Shown here piece after piece: positions 9,749 through 21,914 of a stretch of DNA of 32,173 nt; the first letter of the stretch is position 1; every line of letters starts with the position of its first letter. The notes beneath the pieces were generated by a model. That model saw only the letters and a program-made list of their open reading frames with translations. It was not told the origin of the DNA and did not search any database. A program made the position numbers and the translations under genes. This stretch comes from Gammaproteobacteria bacterium (GTDB lineage: Bacteria > Pseudomonadota > Gammaproteobacteria > Xanthomonadales > Marinicellaceae). Where the stretch lies: positions 1 to 32,173 of the forward strand of contig JAUHZH010000001.1 in the NCBI GenBank assembly GCA_030426065.1, given 5' to 3'.

Positions 9749-11289
9749 TCAATGGTGGCAGGTGGCTTACTGGACACATCATAAACCACACGAGATACTT
9801 GAGAGATTTCATTGATTATGCGTCGTGACACCAACTCGATGAACTCATAAGGCAAACGGGCCCATTGAGCGGTCATGAAGTCAATGGTTTCAACGGCACG
9901 CAAAGCAATCACATATTCATAGCGGCGTGCATCTCCGACCACACCGACCGATTTAACGGGCAAAAACACGGCGAAGGCTTGTGAGGTTTTGTCGTACAAA
10001 TCGTGACGACGCAATTCTTCGATGAAAATGTGATCAGCTCGGGCCAGGATGTCAGCGTATTCGGCTTTGATTTCACCCAGGATTCGAACGCCCAGTCCAG
10101 GTCCGGGAAATGGGTGGCGGTAGACCAATTCTTTGGCCAAGCCCAATTGAACACCCAATTGACGCACTTCATCTTTGAACAAGTCTTTCAATGGCTCGAC
10201 CAATTTCAATGACAAGTCTTCAGGCAGTCCGCCCACATTGTGGTGTGACTTGATGACGTGGGCCTTGCCCGTTTTGGCACCGGCAGATTCAATCACGTCA
10301 GGATAAATGGTGCCTTGGGCCAACCATTGCACATCATCCAGTTTGCTGGCTTCTTTCTCAAAAATACGAACAAACAATTCACCGATGATTTTGCGCTTGG
10401 CCTCTGGGTCAGCTTCTCCTGCCAGGGCACTGTAATACTGTTCTTGGGCATTGACGCGGATCACGTTGATGTCCATTTTGTCGGCCATCATGGCCATCAC
10501 ATCATCGCCCTCTTTGTATCGCAACAAGCCCGTGTCAACAAAAACACAGACCAACTGATCGCCAATGGCTTTGTGCATCAGCGCAGCCACCACAGAAGAA
10601 TCCACACCACCAGACAAGCCCAACAAGATTTTCTCTGAACCCACCATCTCACGGATGTTTTCGATGTGTGTGTCGATGATGTTGGCCGTTTTCCAGAGGC
10701 GCTCACAACCACAAATGTCATGTACGAACTGGCTTAAAATGTCTCGGCCGTCTTTGGTGTGCTCCACTTCAGGGTGGAATTGAACACAGAATATCGGTTT
10801 GTCGTTGTGATGGCAGGCTGCAAAGGGTGTTGATGACGTCTTGGCAGATGCCGTGAACACCGGTGCCAATTGTTTGACTTTGTCACCATGACTCATCCAA
10901 ACATCCAGCTCTGTGTGTTTCACTTTTTTGAACAGGTCAGAAGATTCGGTCAGTTGCACTTGGGCATAACCGAACTCTTTGTCATCTGAGCTCATCACCT
11001 CACCACCGAAATGGACATTGAGCAGCTGCATGCCATAACACACGCCCAGCACAGGCACATCCAAATCCAGAACCACTTCATTCAAAGTGGGCGCACCCTG
11101 CTGATGAACCGATTCTGGTCCACCCGATAAGATGATGCCTTGCGGATCAAAATCCCTGATGTCTTGGGTGTCGGCATCCCAAGCATAGATTTCACAATAA
11201 ACATCCAATTCACGAACACGACGCGCAATTAATTGGGTGTATTGCGAACCATAATCAAGGATCAGTATTTTGCTTTGTTTGATGTCCAT
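9739..11289 (-). CDS. guaA: GMP synthase (glutamine-hydrolysing)
   Basis: [29 protein letters not shown] and KPPATIEWE motifs. ATG 11289 follows an AGGAG RBS. Confidence 0.98.
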   Translation of the reverse strand: MDIKQSKILILDYGSQYTQLIARRVRELDVYCEIYAWDADTQDIRDFDPQGIILSGGPESVHQQGAPTLNEVVLDLDVPVLGVCYGMQLLNVHFGGEVMSSDDKEFGYAQVQLTESSDLFKKVKHTELDVWMSHGDKVKQLAPVFTASAKTSSTPFAACHHNDKPIFCVQFHPEVEHTKDGRDILSQFVHDICGCERLWKTANIIDTHIENIREMVGSEKILLGLSGGVDSSVVAALMHKAIGDQLVCVFVDTGLLRYKEGDDVMAMMADKMDINVIRVNAQEQYYSALAGEADPEAKRKIIGELFVRIFEKEASKLDDVQWLAQGTIYPDVIESAGAKTGKAHVIKSHHNVGGLPEDLSLKLVEPLKDLFKDEVRQLGVQLGLAKELVYRHPFPGPGLGVRILGEIKAEYADILARADHIFIEELRRHDLYDKTSQAFAVFLPVKSVGVVGDARRYEYVIALRAVETIDFMTAQWARLPYEFIELVSRRIINEISQVSRVVYDVSSKPPATIEWE

Positions 11290-11310
11290 GGTGACTCCTG
11301 CGTGCACAAA

Positions 11311-12819
<1,509 letters not shown>

Positions 12820-12821
12820 TC

Positions 12822-14159
12822 ATGACGCAAGAACAAGGAAAATCACCTCAATCAGCACATACTCCCAGCTCATTGAACCAATTGTTAAAAAAGCATTTGG
12901 CAACGCACTGGCAGGCCATGTGGTTGACCGGTGAAATATTCGACCTCTACACCTCGCCTGCAGGTCACCAGTACTTCACTTTAAAGGACGACCAGTCAGC
13001 AATCAAATGCGTGTTGTTCAGACAAAAGCGTCGAATGGAGTTGAACAAAGGACAAAAAATCACCGTCTTGGCTGAGTTATCAGTCTATCAACCCCGGGGT
13101 GATTTACAACTCAACGTGATCAAAACGATGGACGCAGGTGTGGGAGATTGGGAAGCGGAGCTGGCCTTGTTGAAATCAAAATTAAGCGCGCAAGGCTTGT
13201 TTGATGCGGTAGCCAAAAAAGACATCCCCAAATGGGTTGGGTCTTTGGCCATTGTCACATCACCCAATGGCGCCGCTTTGCATGACGTTTTGGACATCAT
13301 CAAATCGCGCAACCCACTGATTTCCATCACACTGTACCCGTCACAAGTACAAGGGCCCACGGCACCGGGTCAACTGATTTCACAGTTGATGGCTGCCGAC
13401 GCTGTGGGGCATGACGTCATTTTGTTAACCCGAGGCGGTGGATCTAAAGAAGACTTGTGGGCATTCAATGATGAGTTTTTGGCCCGCACCATTCATCAGT
13501 TATCGACCCCCATCATCAGCGCTGTAGGCCACGAAACCGACGAGGGCATATCAGATTGGGTTGCCGATTTGAGTTGCATCACACCATCAGCCGCCGCCCA
13601 CCAGCTGGCCGGTGATTTCAAAGAAAAGCAACAACAGCTTGAGCACCAATTCCAGCTGCTTCAATTCCTCAAAAGGACAGCCATTCAATCAGCGCAACAA
13701 AAAATTGACATCGCCACACACCAGTTACAAAAGAACCACCCCAAATCGGCTTGGCTGTGGCAAAAAAACCAACTCAAAACCCTCACAGAACAATTGGATC
13801 AGGGCATGGTGGCCAAACACAGAGAGGCACAAGCAGCCGTGTCTTTGGCTGAAATGACCTTGTTACAACAGCTGCCCAACACAACCGCCATCAAAAACAC
13901 CTTAGCTGGTCAACAAAAAGCGCTGCGTCAGCAAATCATCAATCAAATGAGCCAAGCCAAACACCTTTTCAAACTGTCCGTGGGTCATTTAGAAGACCGG
14001 AATCCATTACACATTTTGAGCAAAGGATACAGCGTCACCCGCAACCAAGGACAACAAACCATCACCAGCGCTGATCAAGTGAAGTTGGGTGAAACTATAG
14101 AAACCACGCTGAAATCTGGTAAAATACGCGCCCAAATCACTGAACGAATTCTAAAATAA
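12822..14159 (+). CDS. xseA: Exodeoxyribonuclease VII large subunit
   Basis: GHQYFTLKD, RGGGSKEDLWAFNDE and SAVGHETD motifs; divergent from guaB as is typical. Start moved to ATG 12822. Confidence 0.96.
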   Translation: MTQEQGKSPQSAHTPSSLNQLLKKHLATHWQAMWLTGEIFDLYTSPAGHQYFTLKDDQSAIKCVLFRQKRRMELNKGQKITVLAELSVYQPRGDLQLNVIKTMDAGVGDWEAELALLKSKLSAQGLFDAVAKKDIPKWVGSLAIVTSPNGAALHDVLDIIKSRNPLISITLYPSQVQGPTAPGQLISQLMAADAVGHDVILLTRGGGSKEDLWAFNDEFLARTIHQLSTPIISAVGHETDEGISDWVADLSCITPSAAAHQLAGDFKEKQQQLEHQFQLLQFLKRTAIQSAQQKIDIATHQLQKNHPKSAWLWQKNQLKTLTEQLDQGMVAKHREAQAAVSLAEMTLLQQLPNTTAIKNTLAGQQKALRQQIINQMSQAKHLFKLSVGHLEDRNPLHILSKGYSVTRNQGQQTITSADQVKLGETIETTLKSGKIRAQITERILK

Positions 14160-14194
14160 CCGGTCAAAGCGCTGTTTTAAAGAGAAATAAATCC

Positions 14195-14611
14195 ATGAGT
14201 AACAACAAACCCATCATCATTTTTATTGCCTTGGCTGCCACATTGTTTGGCGCGGCTGTGGTTTGGAAAATATTCAAACAACCCGAAGAACAGGTGGCCA
14301 TTGTTGAAGCCCCTGAAATCGAAGCCCCTCAGCCACAAGAAGAAGACACTTTCGAAATCATTGAAGTCTCTCCCGAGCTCCAGCCTGCTGAAAAGAACGT
14401 ACCTGTCCTCACAGAAGAGGAACGCAAAAGGCGACATGCAGCTTCAGCCAAGAGCATGAAGTTCTCCATGAAATACCAAACTCCCGAATCAGTGATCAAA
14501 GCCATTGAAGCTTATGAAAGGGCGGGCAACCAAGACATGGTCAATCAGTTGATCAACTACTTGACCGACAGTTTCCCGGATTACGAGATTCCGGCTAATT
14601 TTGGACAATAA
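14195..14611 (+). CDS. Hypothetical protein with N-terminal membrane anchor
   Basis: Hydrophobic helix at residues ~7-23, acidic Pro/Glu linker, helical C-terminus; fills the gap between xseA and yigZ. Confidence 0.7.
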   Translation: MSNNKPIIIFIALAATLFGAAVVWKIFKQPEEQVAIVEAPEIEAPQPQEEDTFEIIEVSPELQPAEKNVPVLTEEERKRRHAASAKSMKFSMKYQTPESVIKAIEAYERAGNQDMVNQLINYLTDSFPDYEIPANFGQ

Positions 14612-15191
14612 AAAAAAACTGACCCAGGTCATTGAATCGGAAGAAGAGAACAAGAAAAGCCGATTCATTGGCATCTGTGGCCCCATTCAAAGCATCGAAG
14701 ATTTCGATGCTTTTTTATTGCAACAAAGCGACCCCAATGCGACCCACAATTGCTGGGCTTACCGACTGGGACAAACTTACCGATTCAATGATGACGGTGA
14801 ACCCTCAGGAACCGCTGGAAAGCCGATGTTGGCGGCCATAGACGGCGCCGAATTCGATGGTGTGGCGGCATTGGTAATCCGTCATTATGGTGGCATCAAA
14901 CTGGGCACCGGAGGCTTGGCCCGTGCCTATGGCGGGGTGATCGCCCGGATGTTGCAAACAGCGCCACACGAAATACATGTGCCTCAAACACTGTTGCGCA
15001 CCCAGATGGACTTCGCATTGGAACAAAGTTTGCATCAACTTCTGAAAACACATCAAGGGCAAGTCACGTCTGTTCAATACAACAACCTGGGCTTGGATGC
15101 CACAATACAACTGCCTCAATCTCAAGCCAGTGCATTCAAGGATGCCATTCAAAACATCAGCAAAGGGACAGCGAAAGTTCAGCGCTTGTGA
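14601..15191 (+). CDS. yigZ: YigZ/IMPACT family protein
   Basis: KKSRFIG, ATHNCWAY, DDGEPSGTAG and YGGIKLGTGGLARAY motifs. TTG start uncertain. Confidence 0.92.
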   Translation: MDNKKKLTQVIESEEENKKSRFIGICGPIQSIEDFDAFLLQQSDPNATHNCWAYRLGQTYRFNDDGEPSGTAGKPMLAAIDGAEFDGVAALVIRHYGGIKLGTGGLARAYGGVIARMLQTAPHEIHVPQTLLRTQMDFALEQSLHQLLKTHQGQVTSVQYNNLGLDATIQLPQSQASAFKDAIQNISKGTAKVQRL

Positions 15192-16240
15192 AGATCACCG
15201 GTCTTGAGGACGTGTAAAACCCAAAGATTGATCAGGGCCATCGGCCAAACATAATCGCTGCCCAGCAACAAACTGATCGGCACCCACAGCAAGGTCGATG
15301 ACATCACCAACCACCATCCCCACCGCCAGCTGATCAAAAACCACGGCAAAAACAACAACAACTGCGGGTTCCAAGCAGCCACTTGATGCTCGGTGCCCAT
15401 CCACAAAAAGAGCAACACCATCGCCAGGAAAGCTGAACAAATGGACCAAATTTTAGCGGCCCATCGACGCGTGCGCGTCCATGCCAGAAACACCACCCAA
15501 ACCAATGACCACAGCAGCAATGCCGCATGGGTTTTGAACCAATGGTATGGGGTTTGCAGTTGGCTGGCAGACACCACAGAAACCGGCGTCCCCACCCAAG
15601 GCTTCATGGCTTCATTGGCCACGGCTTTTTGCAACACCTCTGGAAAAGCCATCAGCTCCCACAAACTCCTCGTTTGATAAGCCGATTGACCATACCCCAG
15701 CGCCAATCCCAAATTCATCCAGCTTTGGTTTTTGACCGGGAAAGTTTGCTCAAAAAAGCTGCTGCCGATGGCCTCTGATGATGCCTTCAAAGCGCCATCT
15801 GTGACTTGGTTCAAAAGGTCTCGTATTTTGGTGGCACAGTTATTGAAAAAGTAATCGTATTCGTAAGCCCTGTTTTCGGGTTGCCAATGCCAGCGCAGGT
15901 AAGCAACCAACGCTTCTTGGTGTTTGCCTTCTATATGCAAAGGCCTGAGGACCAAATCTCGCTGTTCTTTTTCAGCCCAATGCGCTTCAAAATCCAAATC
16001 CGTGACACCCATTTCATAGCGCATCTTGTTTTGTAAAAAAGCTTGAATGAACCCTGACTGCTCAAAACTGAACACACCAAAACCATAGACATGCCCGTCA
16101 ATCACCAAGGCCGTGTGGCCATAAACCGACCAAAACTCAGTCCCTGGAGAAACCGTCATCAAAGAAATATCACGGTCTTGCGCCGCTTGGGCATGGACCC
16201 AATAACCCAGCAAGACAAGCAACAACAACCGTCGAATCAA
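15179..16240 (-). CDS. DUF4105 / Lnb-like membrane protein (putative lipoprotein N-acyltransferase)
   Basis: Signal peptide, PG..WSVYGHTAL, YEYDYFFNNCATKIRD and FPEVL, then several C-terminal TM helices. Confidence 0.8.
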   Translation of the reverse strand: MIRRLLLLVLLGYWVHAQAAQDRDISLMTVSPGTEFWSVYGHTALVIDGHVYGFGVFSFEQSGFIQAFLQNKMRYEMGVTDLDFEAHWAEKEQRDLVLRPLHIEGKHQEALVAYLRWHWQPENRAYEYDYFFNNCATKIRDLLNQVTDGALKASSEAIGSSFFEQTFPVKNQSWMNLGLALGYGQSAYQTRSLWELMAFPEVLQKAVANEAMKPWVGTPVSVVSASQLQTPYHWFKTHAALLLWSLVWVVFLAWTRTRRWAAKIWSICSAFLAMVLLFLWMGTEHQVAAWNPQLLLFLPWFLISWRWGWWLVMSSTLLWVPISLLLGSDYVWPMALINLWVLHVLKTGDLHKR

Positions 16241-17085
16241 GACAAATCCACTTCCAAAAATTCGATGCGTCTTTTGTCTGCTTTGGCCACTGTGAACATC
16301 AAATCATCAACTTGAATCTGCTCTCCTGTTTCAGGCAAGCGGCCGGCAAAAGCAGCCACCAAACCGCCCAAGGTGTCGTATTCGGTGTCATCGAAGGTGT
16401 ATTCAAACTGTTCATTGAAATCGGCAATGGTGGTCAACGCATTGATGCGGTACACGCCCTCTTTAATTTTCAAAACATAAGGGTCTTCGTGGTCATCGTA
16501 TTCATCATCGATTTCACCGACTATTTCTTCCAAAATGTCTTCAATGGTGATCAAGCCAGCAACACCACCGTATTCGTCAATGATGATGGCCATGTGGTTC
16601 CGGCTGGTTTGGAATTCTTTCAGCAAGATGTTCACTTGCTTGGATTCTGGAATCACCACAGCAGGCCGAATGATTTGAGACAAATCAAAGGACTCTTGTT
16701 CGGTCACAAACGATTTCAGGATGTCTTTGGCCAATAAAATGCCTTCGATTTCATCCTTGTCTTCACCAACCACTGGAAATCGAGAATGGCCCGATTCAAC
16801 AATGATGGGCAACACCGTTTCAATGTCGGCTGTTTTGGGAATCACCACCATTTGTGCACGCGGCACCATCAACTGTCGGACCTGCAATTCAGACACTTTC
16901 AAAGCGCCAGTCATCATGCTCAAGGCATCGGCATCCAGCAATTGATTGATGTGTGCTTCGTTGAGGATTTCAACTAAATCGGTGCGGTTTTGAGGTTCGT
17001 CCGTGAAGATGTTGGCCAATTTGCTCAACCACGATGTTTTCTGATTTTCCTGATCAGCATCGTTCCTACTCTGGTCTTCTGTCAT
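16237..17085 (-). CDS. corC: CBS/CorC-HlyC domain protein (CorC/YbeX)
   Basis: MVPRAQM, SGHSRFPV, IDEYGGVAGLITIEDILEEIVGEIDDEYD and C-terminal CorC_HlyC domain. Confidence 0.94.
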   Translation of the reverse strand: MTEDQSRNDADQENQKTSWLSKLANIFTDEPQNRTDLVEILNEAHINQLLDADALSMMTGALKVSELQVRQLMVPRAQMVVIPKTADIETVLPIIVESGHSRFPVVGEDKDEIEGILLAKDILKSFVTEQESFDLSQIIRPAVVIPESKQVNILLKEFQTSRNHMAIIIDEYGGVAGLITIEDILEEIVGEIDDEYDDHEDPYVLKIKEGVYRINALTTIADFNEQFEYTFDDTEYDTLGGLVAAFAGRLPETGEQIQVDDLMFTVAKADKRRIEFLEVDLS

Positions 17086-17170
17086 TCAGGTTTTTTAATA
17101 CACCCAATTATCAAATGAACAAGCGGAAAGTTTAATCTGCAAAGGGCCACACTGTCTATGGTTTTTGTCT

Positions 17171-18226
17171 TTATTGAGCAAAATAGTAGAAGCCGGCTGC
17201 CAGCGTTCCCAACAACAATGCCAGCCCACCGATTTTCCACCAACTCCATGGCCGTTCACCATAGGCTTTGCCATTTTGGCCATTGATGACATAACGGTAA
17301 GTTTTTTTGTTGTAGTTGAACGCTGAAATATAGACAGGTGCCAAAATCAACTGAAAACCAACGTCATTGTATTGGGTGTTGACACTCCTGATGATCTGAT
17401 GATCACCGCCAATGTCTCGTTTGATGTGAACACGAATCACGCTGTCCATGACATCTTTGGCAAGCACAAATCCATCGGTGAGCTCAATCGAGTACAGCTC
17501 AGAGCGGAAACCACTCAAATACCGTGGATCGTATTTTTTGGCCTTGTGCAGCTTCCATTTGGACAGGAAGTTTTGAAACTTCAAAGGCAAACTTTGGGTG
17601 GCCAACACCATCAAATCATCAAAAGGGACGCTGACGCTGCCATTGACGTTGCGCCACCGGGTTTTGACCACCGTTTGGGTTTGTCCGTTGCGCCTGACTG
17701 TGGTGACATAATCGTCACCTCGCGAGCCGCGGTAACGAGAAAACGTATCGGCGTCGAAAGACCAAAAGGGCATGTATGACGCCACTATGGGGGTGGCTTG
17801 AATGGCTTTTCTTTTCAAAGCATTAGGAGCAAACCACAGGCCATGCAACCAGTCTTTGAAACCCGCTTCTGCTTTGATTTGATCGACATCAAAAGGCAAT
17901 ACACCATCGGGTTTGAAGTACCGCTCCAGTTCAACCGGCACCACCACATTCATGTCACAATAAGGACATTCATCGGCATGGGCATCGGGTGGCAGGGTGA
18001 ACTCAGCACCACAATTGTCGCAATGGACATCATGATTGACACGATTGGCATCCAGTTCAGGAGCCAAGCTTTCATTTTGGCGATAATCATGGGCCGTGAA
18101 GTCCATTTTTTCAACGGCAATGGGGTCAGCTGCACCACAACTGATGCATTTAAGCGACTGTTGCCCAATGGCATAATCCATGTCGCTGCCACAGGTTTGG
18201 CATTTGAATGCCAGGTATTGGGTCAT
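17171..18226 (-). CDS. Zinc-ribbon membrane protein (YdjG-like)
   Basis: Four CxxC motifs (CQTC, CISC, CDNC, CPYC), YMPFWSFD, INGQNGKAYGERP and a C-terminal TM helix. Confidence 0.8.
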   Translation of the reverse strand: MTQYLAFKCQTCGSDMDYAIGQQSLKCISCGAADPIAVEKMDFTAHDYRQNESLAPELDANRVNHDVHCDNCGAEFTLPPDAHADECPYCDMNVVVPVELERYFKPDGVLPFDVDQIKAEAGFKDWLHGLWFAPNALKRKAIQATPIVASYMPFWSFDADTFSRYRGSRGDDYVTTVRRNGQTQTVVKTRWRNVNGSVSVPFDDLMVLATQSLPLKFQNFLSKWKLHKAKKYDPRYLSGFRSELYSIELTDGFVLAKDVMDSVIRVHIKRDIGGDHQIIRSVNTQYNDVGFQLILAPVYISAFNYNKKTYRYVINGQNGKAYGERPWSWWKIGGLALLLGTLAAGFYYFAQ

Positions 18227-18242
18227 GATGCAGTGAGGTGGA

Positions 18243-19346
18243 TTAAGGCATGGCAGGCGGCTGTGCTGCCAACAATTCAGCCACTTCTGTTAATGTGCCA
18301 GCAGCTGACCAATCAGCCATGCCTTCTGTCCACATCAACGTATCGGCGACGATTTGTGATTGTTCAATCATGGCTTTGACAGCGGCCAAATTTACAGGAC
18401 CCACACGTTCTCCCCCGACAATGGCAAAGTAATGTTTCACCACTTCAGTGTCTTGGGGCATCGGTGGCGGCGACAGAGGGTCAGTCGAATCACCTCGGCC
18501 CAAAGCGGCACCAAAGGATTGTGCCATACCGAACCCCATGCCCATGGCCATACCAGATCCTGCCGTGCTTTGGTTGTTGGCGGCGTCTCGCATCGATTGG
18601 GCATGTTGGTATCTGGTGAAGCGATTCAAATCCCCCACAGCGATGGAACTGGCCCGTTCATCAAGTGCTTTTTCTACTGCCTCCGGCACCGAAACATTTT
18701 CCACCAGAAGGGTTTCCAAATGGAGGCCATAAGCCCCAAACATGGATTGCAATTGTTCCGTCAGGAAACGGCCCAAATCATCATAACTTGCGACCAAATC
18801 CAAAATCGGCACTTGGGCCTCACTGAGCACTTTAGCGAATCCAGTGACCACCAAATTTTTCAACTGGCCAATGATTTCTTCCAGTACAAAATGCCCATCG
18901 GTACCAACGATTTCTTTCAGCATTTGGGCAGGGTCTTTGATCCGAAATGCATACGATCCAAATGCCCTGATGCGGATCACACCAAATTCAGGGTCTCGTA
19001 AAATCAATGGGTTGCGCAAGCCCCATTTCATGTCGGTGAACACGCGGGTATTGAAAAAGTAGACTTCGGCTTTGAAAGGGCTTTCAAAACCATGTTGCCA
19101 TCCTTGTAATGTGGAGAGGATCGGCACATTGGCCGTACTCAGTTCATACAAGCCTGGCTCAAACACATCAGCCACTTCGCCTTCATTGACCAAAATCGCC
19201 AATTGGCCTTCCCTTACGGTGAGCTTTGCACCGTTTTTGATTTCGTTTCCATACCTAGGAAAACGGTAGACCATGGTGTGGCGCGTGTCATCTGTCCATT
19301 CGATGATGTCGACCAATTCTCCAAATAATTTATCCCAAATGCCCAT
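18243..19346 (-). CDS. SPFH-domain (YdjI-like) protein with C-terminal GYF_2 domain
   Basis: LTVREGQLAILVNEG, SPFKAEVYF, KWG and IRAFGSY motifs; Gly/Met-rich linker; RVGP..TLMWTEGMADW GYF_2 signature. Confidence 0.85.
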   Translation of the reverse strand: MGIWDKLFGELVDIIEWTDDTRHTMVYRFPRYGNEIKNGAKLTVREGQLAILVNEGEVADVFEPGLYELSTANVPILSTLQGWQHGFESPFKAEVYFFNTRVFTDMKWGLRNPLILRDPEFGVIRIRAFGSYAFRIKDPAQMLKEIVGTDGHFVLEEIIGQLKNLVVTGFAKVLSEAQVPILDLVASYDDLGRFLTEQLQSMFGAYGLHLETLLVENVSVPEAVEKALDERASSIAVGDLNRFTRYQHAQSMRDAANNQSTAGSGMAMGMGFGMAQSFGAALGRGDSTDPLSPPPMPQDTEVVKHYFAIVGGERVGPVNLAAVKAMIEQSQIVADTLMWTEGMADWSAAGTLTEVAELLAAQPPAMP

Positions 19347-19416
19347 GGTTTGCCCTCGTGTTCAAAACAAACTATTATACACATTAATTGTCCCGCAAAT
19401 GAATAGCCCAAAGAGG

Positions 19417-19875
19417 ATGAAAATCACAGTTTCAACACACCAAAACAAATGGGCGCCGGCCTTCAAATCGCTGAACTTGGCTTGGCTCAAAAAATATTTT
19501 TGGGTAGAACCCATCGATGAAATCGTTCTGTCACAGCCCAACAAAATCATCGAAGCCGGTGGACAAATCTTCTACCTCATTCAAGGCGATGATGTTATAG
19601 GTTGTTGCGCGCTGAAACAGCATGAAAGGGGGGTGTTTGAATTGACAAAGATGGCCGTGGATGAAGCACAGCAAAGCATGGGGTTGGGTCATGCATTGAT
19701 GGAAAAGGGCATTGAGTGGTTCAAGCAGGTTCATGGAACCAAGCTTTACTTAGAAACCAATTCAAAACTCAAACCGGCCATCCACCTGTACCAAAAGTTC
19801 GGCTTTGTGGCCATGCCATGCCCTTTTGACACCGATTACCAAAGGGCCGATTATTACATGGAGTGGCGGCCCTGA
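19417..19875 (+). CDS. GNAT-family N-acetyltransferase
   Basis: ELTKMAV..QSMGLGHALM (acetyl-CoA motif A), LETNSKL..AIHLYQKFGF. ATG 19417 avoids overlap with the SPFH gene. Confidence 0.9.
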   Translation: MKITVSTHQNKWAPAFKSLNLAWLKKYFWVEPIDEIVLSQPNKIIEAGGQIFYLIQGDDVIGCCALKQHERGVFELTKMAVDEAQQSMGLGHALMEKGIEWFKQVHGTKLYLETNSKLKPAIHLYQKFGFVAMPCPFDTDYQRADYYMEWRP

Positions 19876-19892
19876 GCCCAAACCTCAGGCAC

Positions 19893-19922
19893 AAAAAAAG
19901 GAGCCCTGAAGCTCCTTTTTTT
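19893..19922. terminator. Bidirectional intrinsic terminator between convergent GNAT and ppiD
   Basis: A7-GGAGC-CCTGAA-GCTCC-T7. Confidence 0.85.
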
Positions 19923-19942
19923 CATTCGTAATTTTGCTGTCA

Positions 19943-21847
19943 TCAAAACGCATTTTGATTCAACAAGTCTTCATTGACCACCACTTGTGCTGATTCGCGC
20001 AATGCACTGATGATCAATTGCTGTTCATTGGCTTTGATGTTGCGAGACAATTGAGCGGTTTCTGCCACCATGTCCGCTCCAGTCAAATCCGCAGCATGGA
20101 CAGCTTTCAACTGCACCACAACCGAATCGTTACCATTGCCAGACTCCACTGAGTTGAAGACTTTACCTGCTTCAGGTTTGTTCAATTTGAACACATTCCT
20201 GACCAAGTTAAAAGGATGCTCAGAACCGGTTCTTTTAACCGCTTGAGCTTCCACCGCCTCAAACCCTAAAGAAGCAGCCAAGTCATGTAAATTGTCTTCT
20301 TCATTGTTGAGCATGGCCAACATTTTTTCAGCTTCTTCGTCAGCCAAGGCTTTCGCCTGCTCATTCTTCAAGGTGTTTTCAATCGTGGCTTTCACTTCAT
20401 CCAAGGGTTTGACTTCTGCAGCCTTGACTTCATTGATGTGCATGAAAACAATGTGTGTATCAGAAATGTTGATCACATCTGAATTCAACAATTCTTCTTT
20501 CACTGTCGATGAAAAGGCAGCTTCTCTGAAATCGGCATTGGCAGCCAAGCCTTCACCACTGTTGCGGGTGAACAAAGCCGTGGTTTTCTTTTCCAAGCCA
20601 GCGGATTCTGCGACTTGATCCAGGTTGTCTTGCGCATCCAGCACCAAAGCAGACAATTCAGTGGCTTTATCTAAAAACAAAGTTTCCGCTTGTTGTGCTT
20701 GCAGGGCTTGTATGATGTCGTCTTTAACCGCTTCAAAAACGGGCAATTCGGGGGCTTTGATTTCATTCAATTGAATCAAGTGATAACCAAACTCAGTTTT
20801 GACTGGCTCTGAAACATTCCCGGCTTCCAATGCAAACAAAGCCGTTTCGAAATCTTCGACCATGTCACCAGGACTCACCCAACCCAAATCACCGCCACTG
20901 GCAGCAGAGCCTGGATCTTGCGAATGTGCTTTGGCCAACTCAGCAAAGTCTGCGCCTGCATCCAACTGAGCCTTCAAATCATTGATTTGATCTTCGGCAC
21001 CGTCACCGTCATTCAACAGAATGTGAGAAGCCAATCGTTGTTCAGGCTTCAAATAGGCTTTTTGATTTTCTTCTTTTTCAAAATAAGACAAGGCATCGGC
21101 ATCGGTGACTTCAATACCGGCAGCGACTGTTTCGGCATTCAGCTCAATGTAATCGACAGCCACTTGTTCTTGTGTCATGAAGTTGTTTTGATTTTCATCA
21201 TAGTGGGCTTGGATCGCTTCATCTGTGAGGGTCACATCTGCCAAAAACTGGTTGGGAGAAATGATCACATAATCAAAATCCCTGGTTTGTAAATTCAATT
21301 CAGCCACGGCTTGTTTTTCAGCGGGAGTCATGAACACAGACACGTCCACCACATCGTTGATGGCAGTGCCTAATAAGCCATCAGCAATTTTGCCTTCTAA
21401 AATGGCTGCGGTTTGGTTGGTTTGTGTCAAGAAAGCCGCATACAAGGCAGGGTCAAATTGACCGTTTTCGTTTTTAAAAGATGTCGCATCGGTGATGATG
21501 CTTTTGATTTCATCAGCTGAAACCACATAACCATTGTCCAAAGCCGCTTGTTTGTACAGCTCGTTATTGATCATGGATTCCAAGAAATTCCGTTTCATCA
21601 CAGGAGAATCAAAATAACTGGGGTCGAAACCTTCGCCAAACTGACTCATCAGATTTTGTCGGTAAGTGGCAAATTGCTGGTTGTACTCATTCATGGTGAT
21701 TTTTTCACCATTGACTGTCGCGACGGCGTCATTGTTTGACTGAGTGAAATAATCACCCACACCCCAAAGGGCAATGGTCAATATCAGCAACCCAATGATC
21801 ACTGTCATCAACATACCTGACGATTTGCTTCTGATCCAAGTTAACAT
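19943..21847 (-). CDS. ppiD: Periplasmic chaperone PpiD (SurA N-terminal plus parvulin domain)
   Basis: N-terminal TM helix, VATVNGEKI, ASHILL..FAELAKAHSQDPGS..GGDLGW..TEFGYHLI; follows lon-hupB. Confidence 0.93.
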   Translation of the reverse strand: MLTWIRSKSSGMLMTVIIGLLILTIALWGVGDYFTQSNNDAVATVNGEKITMNEYNQQFATYRQNLMSQFGEGFDPSYFDSPVMKRNFLESMINNELYKQAALDNGYVVSADEIKSIITDATSFKNENGQFDPALYAAFLTQTNQTAAILEGKIADGLLGTAINDVVDVSVFMTPAEKQAVAELNLQTRDFDYVIISPNQFLADVTLTDEAIQAHYDENQNNFMTQEQVAVDYIELNAETVAAGIEVTDADALSYFEKEENQKAYLKPEQRLASHILLNDGDGAEDQINDLKAQLDAGADFAELAKAHSQDPGSAASGGDLGWVSPGDMVEDFETALFALEAGNVSEPVKTEFGYHLIQLNEIKAPELPVFEAVKDDIIQALQAQQAETLFLDKATELSALVLDAQDNLDQVAESAGLEKKTTALFTRNSGEGLAANADFREAAFSSTVKEELLNSDVINISDTHIVFMHINEVKAAEVKPLDEVKATIENTLKNEQAKALADEEAEKMLAMLNNEEDNLHDLAASLGFEAVEAQAVKRTGSEHPFNLVRNVFKLNKPEAGKVFNSVESGNGNDSVVVQLKAVHAADLTGADMVAETAQLSRNIKANEQQLIISALRESAQVVVNEDLLNQNAF

Positions 21848-21914
21848 GTTCCTATTCCTTCTTCATTTGCACAGTTTGCACTGTTTATAAAACGTTTTCT
21901 GAAATTGCAAAACC

